The position numbers and the translations under genes are program-made. Shown piece after piece: positions 10,146 through 20,648 of a DNA stretch of 64,000 bases. A model generated the notes under the pieces. That model had not been told where the DNA came from and did no database searches. It saw only the letters and a program-made list of their open reading frames with translations. The DNA lies in assembly GCA_900128395.1 (NCBI GenBank), contig LT649235.1, forward strand, positions 1 through 64,000, in the 5' to 3' direction. The DNA comes from Stramenopiles sp. TOSAG23-2. Taxonomy: Eukaryota. Within the stretch, counting starts at the first letter, position 1, and every line of letters begins with the position of its first letter.

Positions 10146-11430
10146 TTACATTTTTGCTCCTGCTGATGTATCAATAGCAAATTTATTATTCAATAAATTG
10201 GAAATATCTGAATCACTAAATCCCATTTCAACCAAAACAGCATGGGTATCCCCTCCTGCTTTCGGTTTTGGTCGTGGTTTATAACCCGGAGTACGCGATA
10301 ATTGCGGTGCTGGCATTGGTTCAAAGAGACCAGGCCATTCTGGCGTTGGTGCAAAATTACCTCTTGCAACGTTATGCTGATGAAGAAACGAGTATAAAAA
10401 AATTGTTAAAACAAGTCTTTGAAGCGGATACATAGTCATTTGAGATAAATAAATTACTTACTGGATGTTGAGCTGCTTCAACTGCACTTAATACTGGCGC
10501 AACACATGCATCTTTGCCTTTGAAAATTTCTTCCCATTCATCTCTAGTTTTCGTTGCGAAAATACCTTCAAATCGTTTTTTCATCCATGGCCAGGCTGAT
10601 TGATCACCTTGTGAAGGTAAACTCTTGAAATCAAGTCCTAACGTTTCCACCATGATTTTGTAAAATTGAGGTTCCATTGCTTGTACAGATACCCATTTAC
10701 CATCTTTGCATGTGTATGTATTACTCCAATGTGGTCCTTGCATTAAAGCAGCAGCATTTGCATTTGCTCTTTTATCAGGTGTATCCATTGTTGGCATAAT
10801 ACCATCGGGTTGCAACCATTTAAACAATGGCAAGGCAACATAATTTGCACCATCTGTCATTGCTACATCGATTACTTGCCCTAAACCAGATTTACTCTTT
10901 TCAATCACAGCAAGTAATACACCCATAGCAAGCATGACACCGCCACCAGCATAGTCACCAGCAAAATTCGCTGGCGGCAATGGCCTTTCATCGCCTCTTC
11001 TGAACAAGTCCAATGCACCGGATATACTAATATAATTTGCATCATGACCAGCTGCGTAAACATATTTTGGATCTCCTTTTTGTCCCCATCCAGTCATTCT
11101 TGCATAGATTAGTTGGTCGTTTCCAGCTCGAACGACATCTGGTCCAAGGCCTAACTTTTCCATGACTCCAGGACGAAATGCTTCAACAAGAACATCAACT
11201 TTTTTTGCTAGTTCTAAGAATGTTTTTTTTCCTTCATCAGATTTCAGATCTAATGCGATTGAACGTTTTCCACGAGAGACAGGGTCATTTTGAGATACAA
11301 CTCTACCTTTAGAAACACGGGAAACGGAGATAACATCTGCGCCAAAATCAGCTAAGATACAACAGCCAAGTGGTCCAGGACCAATACCTTCTAGCTCAAG
11401 TACTTTTACTCCCTGTAATGGATATGACAT
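10146..11430 (-). CDS. AMACR: Alpha-methylacyl-CoA racemase / CoA-transferase family III; 2 exons (11430-10462, 10376-10146), 399 aa
   Basis: Motifs GIGPGP, LADFGADV, RGKRSIALDLK, FRPGVMEKLGLG, GHDANY and NFAGDYAGGG. Splicing gives the family-typical AAQHP/HNVARGNF...PAPQLSRTP. Ends in AKM. Confidence 0.88.
10377..10461 (-). other. Spliceosomal intron, 85 nt, phase 0
   Basis: Minus strand reads CATCCA|GTAAGT...TTTCTTCATCAG|CATAAC. Removing it joins two ORFs in frame and restores HPHN. Confidence 0.88.
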
Positions 11431-11995
11431 TATAATTATATGTATGTTTCTTTTCTTTTCTTTATTCTTTGTTCCTTTCGCTAAAATTATTTCAACAGTA
11501 ATATTTCGTTTTGTTTAAACAAATATTGTGTATGGCATATATGATAAATGTATCTATATTTATCTATATCAAAAGTGTCTATGTTATATGATATACTTTT
11601 CTTCTTCTTCTTTTGTGCTCTTCCTAAAAAATAATCAATTAATATAAAAAATAATAATAAATTAAAATATTATCATATCTTTTTTATATGAAAAAAAAGC
11701 TCTTGTATTTCATGGTATTCCCTTGCTAATACATAAAAACGCGCGTACTACTTTATTAATAATTTATTAAATTCTTTTCTTCCGCCGCCGAGAGAGTTGG
11801 ACTAACCATTACCATAGCTTAGCTTAATAATAAGGCTAACAAACTATAATAACAAACATCAAATATAATACACGTCTATATACAAGTTTATCACGAAGAG
11901 TACAATTCAAATAACAAAAGAGTTAATAGTTATATATATATATATATATAAAATCGTAACATACTTTAAGAAACATTCATTAAAAAAAAAGAAAT

Positions 11996-13315
11996 ATGCC
12001 AGGACCATTAGAAGGTATTAAAGTTTTGGATTTAACTGCTTTTATTAATGGGCCTTCAGCGACAGGGCAGATGGCAGAAAACGGTGCTACTGTTCTCAAG
12101 GTGGAGCCTGCTACAGGTGAAGCTATGCGTGGAGCTGCTGGAGGAGCTGGCGTCTATTTTGCTGGTTTTGAGCTATATAATCGTGGAAAAAAATCAATGA
12201 CTTTGGATTTAAAGCATCCTGATAGTAAAAAAGTTTTTAAAAAATTAGTAGAATGGGCAGATGTGCTAGCTGAAAATTTTAAACCCGGAACTATGGAAAG
12301 GCTTGGTTTATCATACAATGTGGTAAAAGAATGGAACCCTAAGTTAATTTATGCTTCTAACTCAGGGTTTGGCCCAGATGGAGAATGGGGGCCAAGACCA
12401 TCATATGATGGCATGGCACAAGCATTTTCTGGCGTGTTAAGCAACAATGCAGGTGGCCCATCACATGCACCAAGACCAATTGGTTTCACCTTTAGTGATG
12501 TGGTTGGTGGTAATTATTTTTATTCTGCTATTTTAGCTGCATTGGTTTCACGAGGTGTCACAGGAAAAGGGACAAATGTAGTTTGCTCACAACTTGGAGC
12601 AACCACATATTTTCAACGCGTAAAAATCTCACAAACGCTTGATAATAAAGGTGGTAGGATTGACAATAGTGGTCAGCATGATTGGGAATCAACATGTTTT
12701 CAACAAGTTCACAAAGCAAGAGATGGCAAATATGTATGTATGAGCATGACGAAATGGGATCAATTCCAAAGATTTGCTCGTGATTCTATAGGAAGGGAAG
12801 ATCTATTGACAGATGCAGTAAAAAAGAGATGGCCGATACCATCTGTTGAAGATCGTGACCATATCTTACTTGAAGTTGGCAAAACAATTGCACAAGAAAC
12901 GTCCGATCATTGGATCGATAAAATGGTTGCTAATAATGTACCATGTGCGCCTGTTACAACATACAACGATTTAATTGATATGGACAGTAGCGTAGGAAGA
13001 CATATGAGAGATAACAAATATATGGAAAAAATTCAACATCGTGATTATGGTGAAGTCAATTGGGTTGGAATTCCTGCAACATTTTCATCGACTCCTAATG
13101 AAGAAGTGCAAAATTTAGTAAATGCACCATACATAGGCGAGCATAATGATGAAACTTTGAAAGCTTTAGGTTTTAGCGATAGTGAGATTAAACAATTTAA
13201 GGCCGATGGTGTTGTACCAACCCCTTCTGGATTACGAGCTATGCCTGGAGCCAAAGATGCTAGAGCAGCCTATGCTGAAAAAATGCGAAATAGAAAACAA
13301 AAGAGTAATCTTTAA
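11996..13315 (+). CDS. CoA-transferase family III (CaiB/BaiF/SUGCT-like)
   Basis: Motifs PLEGIKVLDLT, GPSAT, KVEP, NRGKKSMTLDLK, ENFKPGTMERLGL, SGFG, YDGMAQAFSG, catalytic Asp region FSDVVGG, and APYIGEHN. Confidence 0.9.
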   Translation: MPGPLEGIKVLDLTAFINGPSATGQMAENGATVLKVEPATGEAMRGAAGGAGVYFAGFELYNRGKKSMTLDLKHPDSKKVFKKLVEWADVLAENFKPGTMERLGLSYNVVKEWNPKLIYASNSGFGPDGEWGPRPSYDGMAQAFSGVLSNNAGGPSHAPRPIGFTFSDVVGGNYFYSAILAALVSRGVTGKGTNVVCSQLGATTYFQRVKISQTLDNKGGRIDNSGQHDWESTCFQQVHKARDGKYVCMSMTKWDQFQRFARDSIGREDLLTDAVKKRWPIPSVEDRDHILLEVGKTIAQETSDHWIDKMVANNVPCAPVTTYNDLIDMDSSVGRHMRDNKYMEKIQHRDYGEVNWVGIPATFSSTPNEEVQNLVNAPYIGEHNDETLKALGFSDSEIKQFKADGVVPTPSGLRAMPGAKDARAAYAEKMRNRKQKSNL

Positions 13316-13465
13316 AAAAGAGTGTTTTGTGTGTGTGTTGTTATAAAAAAATATTTTGTATACACGTCAATACGAATATAATATATAATTAATATATATA
13401 ATATACTTTCGGTATATATACACGTATATATTATTTAAAAAATTTACACCCGCACACACACGCAT

Positions 13466-15772
13466 TTAAATCCCATAATTTTCCAAAAATTGACTACGTG
13501 TTACGTCGATTGAATCTTGCATTATTAAATCTGTTTCATTAGTTACTATGACATCAGATTCCATTCTTGCAATTTCACTGCCTTTAAATTTCGAGTATAC
13601 CCCATTGGAACTGAAAGGATTGGAAGTATCTGCTGTATTATTTTCTGCAAATGCAATAGTATCAATTCGATATTCCTTTTGATGATTCACATCATCATTA
13701 TCGTCCGGGTTGTCATCATAATGATCATCATGATTATCGTTTATTATTGTAAATGAATTATCGTTGCTATCGCTTTTATCCATGCTCATGCTTTCATTAT
13801 CATTTGCTAGCCAATTGAATCCATCACTTGCTATGTGTTTTATTTCCAATGCAGCTTCATCAAAACGTTTCAAGGTATCACCCAAGTTATTGTGTTCATT
13901 ATCATATTCATCACTATCATCACCATCTCTCTCTTCTTGCTCTTGCTCCTCTTCTTCCTCCCTTTCATGCCCTTCCTTCCCACGATCAAAATTCTTATTA
14001 TTTACATCAAAATTCTTACTCTTTACAAGCAATGGATTTCCTTTTGGAGTATCATTATTATCAGTATCTTCATTACTCATTCCATTCAATATGTTATTAT
14101 GATACGAATTATCTCCAGCCAATAACATGTGACGCTTTTTTAGTGATTTTTCTTTACTAGTTCTTTCCACGTCATGTAATTCTGTTGTTATAAATGGTTC
14201 AAAAGCTGTGTTTAAATCTTCTAATGTCTCCGATAAAAAATCTGAACGAAGCATTTCAGATGCATTTGGTCGTTCATTTGGATTTCTAGTAAAACATTGT
14301 GTTAAAAATATTTCCAATGATTTCGAAATGGAATCAGGAAACGCTGGAATTGAATCTGTTAAAGCAATCTTCTGCAATAGATACAGCGGCGATATGATGT
14401 TTAAATCTTTCCATGGCGGTTGCCCTGTCATCATTTGTATGACGGTGCATCCCAGCGACCATATATCCGCTTGTACACCATGTCCGGTTTCCAATGCAAC
14501 TTCAGGTGCGATGAAATATGGAGTGCCGCACATAGTTTTAAACTTTTCATCTTGGTACATATTTTGAGAACCTGCATTTTGAAATTGTTTCGAAGTACCA
14601 AAATCAGCTAATTTAACAACACCTCTATCATCGACTAATAAGTTACTACCTTTGATGTCGCGATGTACTATTAAATTTGTATGCAAAAAATGCAAGCCAA
14701 GTAAAGTTTGTGCGGTGTAATTCGCCACGACACTTTCAGATAATGGCCCATATTGATCTAAAATACTTTTCACACTGCCACCTGGTACCCATTCTTGAAA
14801 AATGTATAATTTATTCAATTTTATATCTATTTCCGTACCTAAATAACTAACGATATGCGGATGACGCAGTGTTCGCATTAAATTAATTTCACGACGTAAT
14901 AAGGCCAATTCTTTTTCATTATCACCATCAAAACATACTTCTTTTACTGCCATTAATGACCCATCTTCCATATTCAATGCTTTAAAGACATCACCAAATG
15001 TCCCACTGCCAATAATTTCACCTTTTTTCCAATTAATTTTTGTTTTACCTTGCGATCTTGAACGTCTTGAATATGCAGATCTTCTACTCATAGTTGATTT
15101 CGTTAAAAATGGGCTGGACATACCATTATTTGATACTAGTTGTTCATTATTCTTTGCTATTTTTACACCCTTATTATGATACCGTGGACTATCTGAAAAT
15201 TGTATATACGGTGTATGCGTTGAAGTTTCCGAAGATGGACTAGAAGCCGAAGAAGCAGATATTACATTTTGTAAATGTTGAACGTTTCGATCTATACGTC
15301 GTTTCGTTAAATCTGTTTTTGATAAATTATTTTTCATTTTTTGTTTTGACATATTATTTGGGAATGAGGTTAATGCAGTAGCAAGGGCAGTAGTAGTATT
15401 TTGCTTCTTCTTGTTGTTCTTGGAAAAATGGTTTGATAGCGTTACTGAATTGCGTATTTTTGCAGTTTGTTTCCTAGTAACCTTTTTAAAATCTTTTAAA
15501 TCATTATCTACGCGTTTAATTGCTTCGCTTGCTGGTTGATCATTCATTGGGGCCTTATCATCAAACTCTTCAAAATCTTCTTGATCATACTCCGACCCAT
15601 CGCCATCACTATCTTCAAAATCGCTTTTGTAAATTTCTCTTTCTTCCTCTTCCTGCTTTTCAAAGACATCTTCTATTTCATCCTCTGAGGAATAATAATT
15701 ATTATTTACATTATTGATGCTTTCATCTTCACTATTCACATATTCAGTACTATATGCTTTTGCTATTTCCAT
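13466..15772 (-). CDS. STE11/MAP3K-family Ser/Thr kinase (NPK1/MEKK-like) with acidic low-complexity flanks
   Basis: Motifs WKKGEIIGSGTFGDV, MAVKEV, EWVPGGS, HRDIKGSN, DFG, GTPYFIAPE and ADIWSLGCTVIQMMTGQPPW. The ORF track starts at a TTG (15781); the first ATG is 15772. Confidence 0.92.
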   Translation of the reverse strand: MEIAKAYSTEYVNSEDESINNVNNNYYSSEDEIEDVFEKQEEEEREIYKSDFEDSDGDGSEYDQEDFEEFDDKAPMNDQPASEAIKRVDNDLKDFKKVTRKQTAKIRNSVTLSNHFSKNNKKKQNTTTALATALTSFPNNMSKQKMKNNLSKTDLTKRRIDRNVQHLQNVISASSASSPSSETSTHTPYIQFSDSPRYHNKGVKIAKNNEQLVSNNGMSSPFLTKSTMSRRSAYSRRSRSQGKTKINWKKGEIIGSGTFGDVFKALNMEDGSLMAVKEVCFDGDNEKELALLRREINLMRTLRHPHIVSYLGTEIDIKLNKLYIFQEWVPGGSVKSILDQYGPLSESVVANYTAQTLLGLHFLHTNLIVHRDIKGSNLLVDDRGVVKLADFGTSKQFQNAGSQNMYQDEKFKTMCGTPYFIAPEVALETGHGVQADIWSLGCTVIQMMTGQPPWKDLNIISPLYLLQKIALTDSIPAFPDSISKSLEIFLTQCFTRNPNERPNASEMLRSDFLSETLEDLNTAFEPFITTELHDVERTSKEKSLKKRHMLLAGDNSYHNNILNGMSNEDTDNNDTPKGNPLLVKSKNFDVNNKNFDRGKEGHEREEEEEQEQEERDGDDSDEYDNEHNNLGDTLKRFDEAALEIKHIASDGFNWLANDNESMSMDKSDSNDNSFTIINDNHDDHYDDNPDDNDDVNHQKEYRIDTIAFAENNTADTSNPFSSNGVYSKFKGSEIARMESDVIVTNETDLIMQDSIDVTRSQFLENYGI

Positions 15773-16526
15773 GTTGTACAATATATACTGTTTTCAAAAA
15801 TGTGTATATGTATATATATATATTTATATCTATGTTATACCGTCTTTCTATATATTAAATGCTTGTATGATATCCTTATTAGTTGTTTATCTATCTCTCT
15901 TTCAAATGTAAATATATAGAATATGTGATATATATTTTGTATGTATATTATAGTGCATTTTATTTATTATTAACATTTAACAAACGTCTCTGTGTGCCTG
16001 TGAATATGTAGGACGTAAATACCAGGTACTATTAGAGCTCCAGAGCTCCATTTGCGTTACCAAAAATATGATTTGATTGACGACAAGCACAACTTAATCC
16101 TAATAGGGAGTCCTTAGACTATAAATCTGGAATAAACTAAAGAAATAAAAGCACCGACTTGCTTGCTTGATTGATGGATTTTTTTTTACATAATGGCGGT
16201 ATTACCTTATTTAGACTAACTAAAATTGCTACCTGCATTCCGGACTTGGAGAAACTATTGGTAGGACACCTATACGCGCACAAAATAAGCCTGGAATAGC
16301 ATTATACAGTATATGACTGCTATCCTGCTGCTGTGGGCCTGCTATCCAGCTATCCGGGCTATCATCTACTGTGTTCTTCTGAGCTCAAACTAAAGTACAC
16401 GCATATACACGCTTTACAATTAATGTAACATACATGAAGATAGACGACTATTATACACACATATTATACACACACATACACACACACATATATATAAAAT
16501 ATCCACATCGAAACGTTTCTTATACG

Positions 16527-19500
16527 ATGTCTCGAGCTGTTCAAGAACCTGATGCAGAGTTTGCTGTCGTTGAGCCAGAACCTCAAAAATTTATTATAGT
16601 CACAAATAAAAGACACGCTGGAAGTAAAGCATGGGCTGAAACATATTTACACATAAATTATGAAGAAGGAATAAAAGATATGAAGTATATAGTCGATGTT
16701 AGTAAAGACGTTGTACCATGTTTGCTGAAGCAGCATAAACATTTGGACACAGGCGCTGGAAGGAGGACAAAAATGCTTGAAAGCGATAGCACAATTAGTC
16801 CTATATTGGCAATGGAAACGTCTAAAATCTTCGTACAATACGCAACATATATGCATTTATCTTTAAAAGAAAAAACAAATGTTTTCGTAATTTGTTGTCA
16901 AAATGGTCGATCTCGTAGTCCAAATATATTGTTGGTGTATTTAATGATTTTTCATGGATACGACAGGGCTACAGCATCAAAATGGTTAAAAGCCTTATTT
17001 CAGTCACAACGCCCGTATATTACATCGAAAAGTGCCGAATTTCCAAATTTTGTCAAATTCTACAATGTTTTGGACGTAATTGATAAGCAACTTAAAAACA
17101 AGTCGCCAGATTTGTTGGAAGAAATCAAATTTGTAACTATGCAATATTATTATTCTTGCAAGGGTGGTATAAAAGGTATTAAAAGTGGAGAACAACTATT
17201 CAATGAATATGTAAAAGCATCCATCGAAAAGTCCTTTGAAAAATTTGCAGCATCGATAAATTTAAGAACACCAATACGACCGATAAGGAAACAAAATGAT
17301 AGTTCCAGTAGTAATAATTTTGATGGTAACAGCAGGAAGTCTCGTTTTAACATCCAAACTACGTCTTTTGCATTACCTGATGTAATGAATAATTTTGGAA
17401 CACCAATACGACCACCAATAAAAAAACAGATGATCGATAATAATGGCAACACTTCATACGACGGTACGCCTATTACCACTTCAACTACCACCACCACTAC
17501 TAGGACGACGATTGCTACTACTTCTATTATTCCGCGCAAAGCAGTTAAAGATAGTAGTAGTAGTAGTAGTAGTAGCAGTAGCAGAGAAAGAGTAAAAAAT
17601 CCAATTGAAAGAAAGAACCAATCGATTATCTCTAATAATTTATGCATGAAATGTAACGAAGTAGGAAATTTAATATGTTGCGAAACATGTCCAAATGTTT
17701 GTCATCTACATTGCAGTAATCCTCCTTTAAAAGATGTTCCCGAAGGTAACTGGTATTGTTCAGATTGCGTTGCGCGCTGTGTTAAAACTTGCGGAGATAT
17801 CAAACTGACGAAAGTTCTTAAAATGTGTATCGATGATGTATTTTTGAAAGTAAATGCAGAATATGAAAGATATACTGAAGCCGTTGCGTTGCAAGAAAGA
17901 ATATCTAATGGCAACTTTTGGGAAGCAAAGGAATACCGTACATTTGAAATGTTTTTAAGCGACACAATATTGTCAACACAAGAACTTCAGAGTTCTAAAA
18001 GAAAGCGAAAAAAACCACAGCGTTTTGAAGTGCCAGCACCACTACAAAAAAAGAAATCGAACGTACAAGGGATATTTAGTAAAACTCCTGTTGTATACGT
18101 TTTTACAGAATCAGAAGGAAGTAAAAAAAGCAAAAAGAAAGATACTACTAGGAAAAAAGAAAATAGTGCTAGTGAAGAAGAAAGTAGTAGTAGTAGTAGT
18201 AGTAGTAGTGAAGGAGAAAGTGGTAGTAGTAGTGAAGAAGAAAGTAGTAGTGAAGAAGAAAGTAGTAGCGAAGAAGAAAGTAGTAGCGAAGAGGAAGAGG
18301 AAACGTTTTCAAGTTTTGCTGGATGGTTACAAAGTCGCAAAAGAAGATGGAAAAGACTTCGAGAATATAATTCAACTAGCGATGAAGAGAGCAGCGAAGC
18401 TAGCAGCGAAGAAAGCTCTGAAGAGAGTAGCGAGGAGGAAAGCAGTAGTGATGTTAGTAGCGAGGAGGAAAGCAGTAGTGATGTTAGTAGCGATGATGAT
18501 GAAAAAGAATTTGATAATTTTGATGATTGGATGAAGGTAGTCAAAACAAATCGTAGGTATAAGAAAATGAGCGAAAAAGAAGTGAAAGAAGCATGGTTTT
18601 TTCAAGTTTTAAAAAGGCGTAAACGAGAATGGAGGAAATTATACAAAACAAATAAGGATTTTAGCAATCTTAGAAATACAAACAGCACAAACGTAGTACA
18701 ACTGCCAGATAGCAAAGCTTGGTTAAATGAGAGGAAAAATACATGGAGAATGAAAAGAAATTTCTCCAGGAAATATAATCCAGCATTGAAAGCTAGAAGA
18801 ATGCGAAGAATGGATAAGGTTAGAATAGCTAGGTTGAAGAAAAACGTAGAACACGAGGAGAGCGACGACCAAGAGAGATTCTTAAAGAAAATTACAAGAG
18901 TTCCATTTTCAAACACAGATGATTATTTGAAGGAAAGAAAGCAAACATGGAGATCTATGTACCAAGCGAATCCAAACAGACGTAGTGTTATAATTGCAAA
19001 AGAGAAAAAAGCTTTGCAAAAGAAACAGAAAAAAGCAGCAAAGAAGAGAAAACAGGTCATAGAACTTACATCTGCAAGGCGCAATTTTTACAACAAGTTT
19101 CATCACTATCATTACAATACTAGCAAAACTGATGACATGATGGAATATGGTACACTTGTAAAGACATTTGTTTCTCCAGATGAAAGCACATCTGTTAGTG
19201 TGATTACTCGAGTACCTTTACAAGATTTCACGCGTTTGGTTACTGTATTTGTGACAGTAGAAAATTTACACTCTGCAAGTTCAACAAAAAAAAGTTATCA
19301 TAGCATTGAGCAGCAAATTAAGATTATCAATGCAACATGGGAGTCAAAGGAAGTGTCAACATTAAACTTTAATCAACTGTGGGCAGAGGAAAATTTTGAT
19401 GCAATGGAAAAATCTGGTTATGTAGCACAGTATAAATTGAAAGATAGCCGAAACAAAAGCTTTGAATACTTATGGGAAGTTCAATTGGCAGAAATTGCAT

Positions 19501-20330
19501 TGAATTTTCATGGCAACAAGCATATCTGTGAAACTGTGATTCGCACCTTGATGTCACATAAACTGAAAGTGGGTAATAGGCATATGGATAACAGAAACGC
19601 TATATTACGGAGGAGAAAAAAGGGAAGTGCTGCTGCTGAGGAGAAGATTACAGATCTTGAAGCAAGTGAAAATACAAATTTGGAACCAGAAATTGATATT
19701 AGCAAACTTGTTTTATTTGATACAATACTAGATGTTGTTTGTCATGTGCTGATGGTAAAAAAGACTGGTTGCACGTTTACTAATATACACAAGGCCTGCA
19801 AATCTATGTTTGTACGTTTAAAAGGTAGACCAAAGGTAGAAATCTCTATATTTGAAATTCAAGAAGCTATTGATGAGGAATTGGAAAAGACTGAATCAGA
19901 TGCAATTTTATATCGCCAAAACGCACTTGAGAGGAAGAGTTTTCTTTATGATTTGGTATCTCGCAGGAATACGACCCCTGAACCAACAGTGTTTAACAAT
20001 ATGAAAGGAATAGCAATTAACATATTAGCTAGAAATGAAGGAACTCCATTGACAGCAGAAAAAATTTATTCTGAGGCTGTAAAACGTAACCTTACATACA
20101 AATTAGGCAGAAAAAGTAAAGCTATTCCAGTATCTTCTGCAAGTGTCATTGAAAATTGCCTCTTAATGCTAACGGGAAAAGTCCAACATGGAAACGGTGC
20201 ATCACGATGTGGTGTGATAAGGGATTCATTTAATTCTGAAAATGTCCCCTTGTTCATCATTAAAGAAAAAAGGACGGAAAAGAAAGACATGGTGGAAAGA
20301 AGACCAAAAAAAAGACGAAAGAAAAATTAA
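16527..20330 (+). CDS. Putative chromatin protein: Cys-based phosphatase-like domain, PHD finger, S/E-rich tract, W/RK repeats and HARE-HTH-like C-terminus
   Basis: CX5R motif CQNGRSRS followed by LMIFHGYD...SQRP. PHD CMKC...LICCETCPNVCHLHC.NPPL..VPEGNWYCSDC. C-terminal NLS-like RRPKKRRKK. The ORF is open from 16434, but 16434-16526 resembles (AC/AT)n UTR, so ATG 16527 is preferred. Confidence 0.75.
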   Translation: MSRAVQEPDAEFAVVEPEPQKFIIVTNKRHAGSKAWAETYLHINYEEGIKDMKYIVDVSKDVVPCLLKQHKHLDTGAGRRTKMLESDSTISPILAMETSKIFVQYATYMHLSLKEKTNVFVICCQNGRSRSPNILLVYLMIFHGYDRATASKWLKALFQSQRPYITSKSAEFPNFVKFYNVLDVIDKQLKNKSPDLLEEIKFVTMQYYYSCKGGIKGIKSGEQLFNEYVKASIEKSFEKFAASINLRTPIRPIRKQNDSSSSNNFDGNSRKSRFNIQTTSFALPDVMNNFGTPIRPPIKKQMIDNNGNTSYDGTPITTSTTTTTTRTTIATTSIIPRKAVKDSSSSSSSSSSRERVKNPIERKNQSIISNNLCMKCNEVGNLICCETCPNVCHLHCSNPPLKDVPEGNWYCSDCVARCVKTCGDIKLTKVLKMCIDDVFLKVNAEYERYTEAVALQERISNGNFWEAKEYRTFEMFLSDTILSTQELQSSKRKRKKPQRFEVPAPLQKKKSNVQGIFSKTPVVYVFTESEGSKKSKKKDTTRKKENSASEEESSSSSSSSSEGESGSSSEEESSSEEESSSEEESSSEEEEETFSSFAGWLQSRKRRWKRLREYNSTSDEESSEASSEESSEESSEEESSSDVSSEEESSSDVSSDDDEKEFDNFDDWMKVVKTNRRYKKMSEKEVKEAWFFQVLKRRKREWRKLYKTNKDFSNLRNTNSTNVVQLPDSKAWLNERKNTWRMKRNFSRKYNPALKARRMRRMDKVRIARLKKNVEHEESDDQERFLKKITRVPFSNTDDYLKERKQTWRSMYQANPNRRSVIIAKEKKALQKKQKKAAKKRKQVIELTSARRNFYNKFHHYHYNTSKTDDMMEYGTLVKTFVSPDESTSVSVITRVPLQDFTRLVTVFVTVENLHSASSTKKSYHSIEQQIKIINATWESKEVSTLNFNQLWAEENFDAMEKSGYVAQYKLKDSRNKSFEYLWEVQLAEIALNFHGNKHICETVIRTLMSHKLKVGNRHMDNRNAILRRRKKGSAAAEEKITDLEASENTNLEPEIDISKLVLFDTILDVVCHVLMVKKTGCTFTNIHKACKSMFVRLKGRPKVEISIFEIQEAIDEELEKTESDAILYRQNALERKSFLYDLVSRRNTTPEPTVFNNMKGIAINILARNEGTPLTAEKIYSEAVKRNLTYKLGRKSKAIPVSSASVIENCLLMLTGKVQHGNGASRCGVIRDSFNSENVPLFIIKEKRTEKKDMVERRPKKRRKKN

Positions 20331-20648
20331 GATAATTTCAATTCTGATCACGCTGTTCAAACAAATATGATACGTATCATATGATATTATTACATTTATA
20401 ATATACAAGTATACTTCTTCATATATTTATAATATATAAAGTAAATAAAATGAAATATACTCTTATGCATTTTTATAGGTATGCACTTTTGATCTATATA
20501 ATTTTGTGTAAAAAGTACGCGCGTTCGTACCACATACGAGTATATAATTTTTTACGAATAAAATATGCATTTTTAAAATAAAAATTTTATAAATTTTACT
20601 TCGTATCATGTATCATAATGATACGAGTTCGTATGATGTGATTTTTTA

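Noticed and set aside
10146-10439. Separate 97-aa gene, and the ...ILVSSSA ending of the 352-aa ORF
   Set aside because: Both are explained by the 85-nt intron in a single AMACR gene.
17987-18544. Poly-V/K and poly-L/S ORFs
   Set aside because: Alternative-frame and antisense readings of the S/E-coding AGT/GAA repeats.
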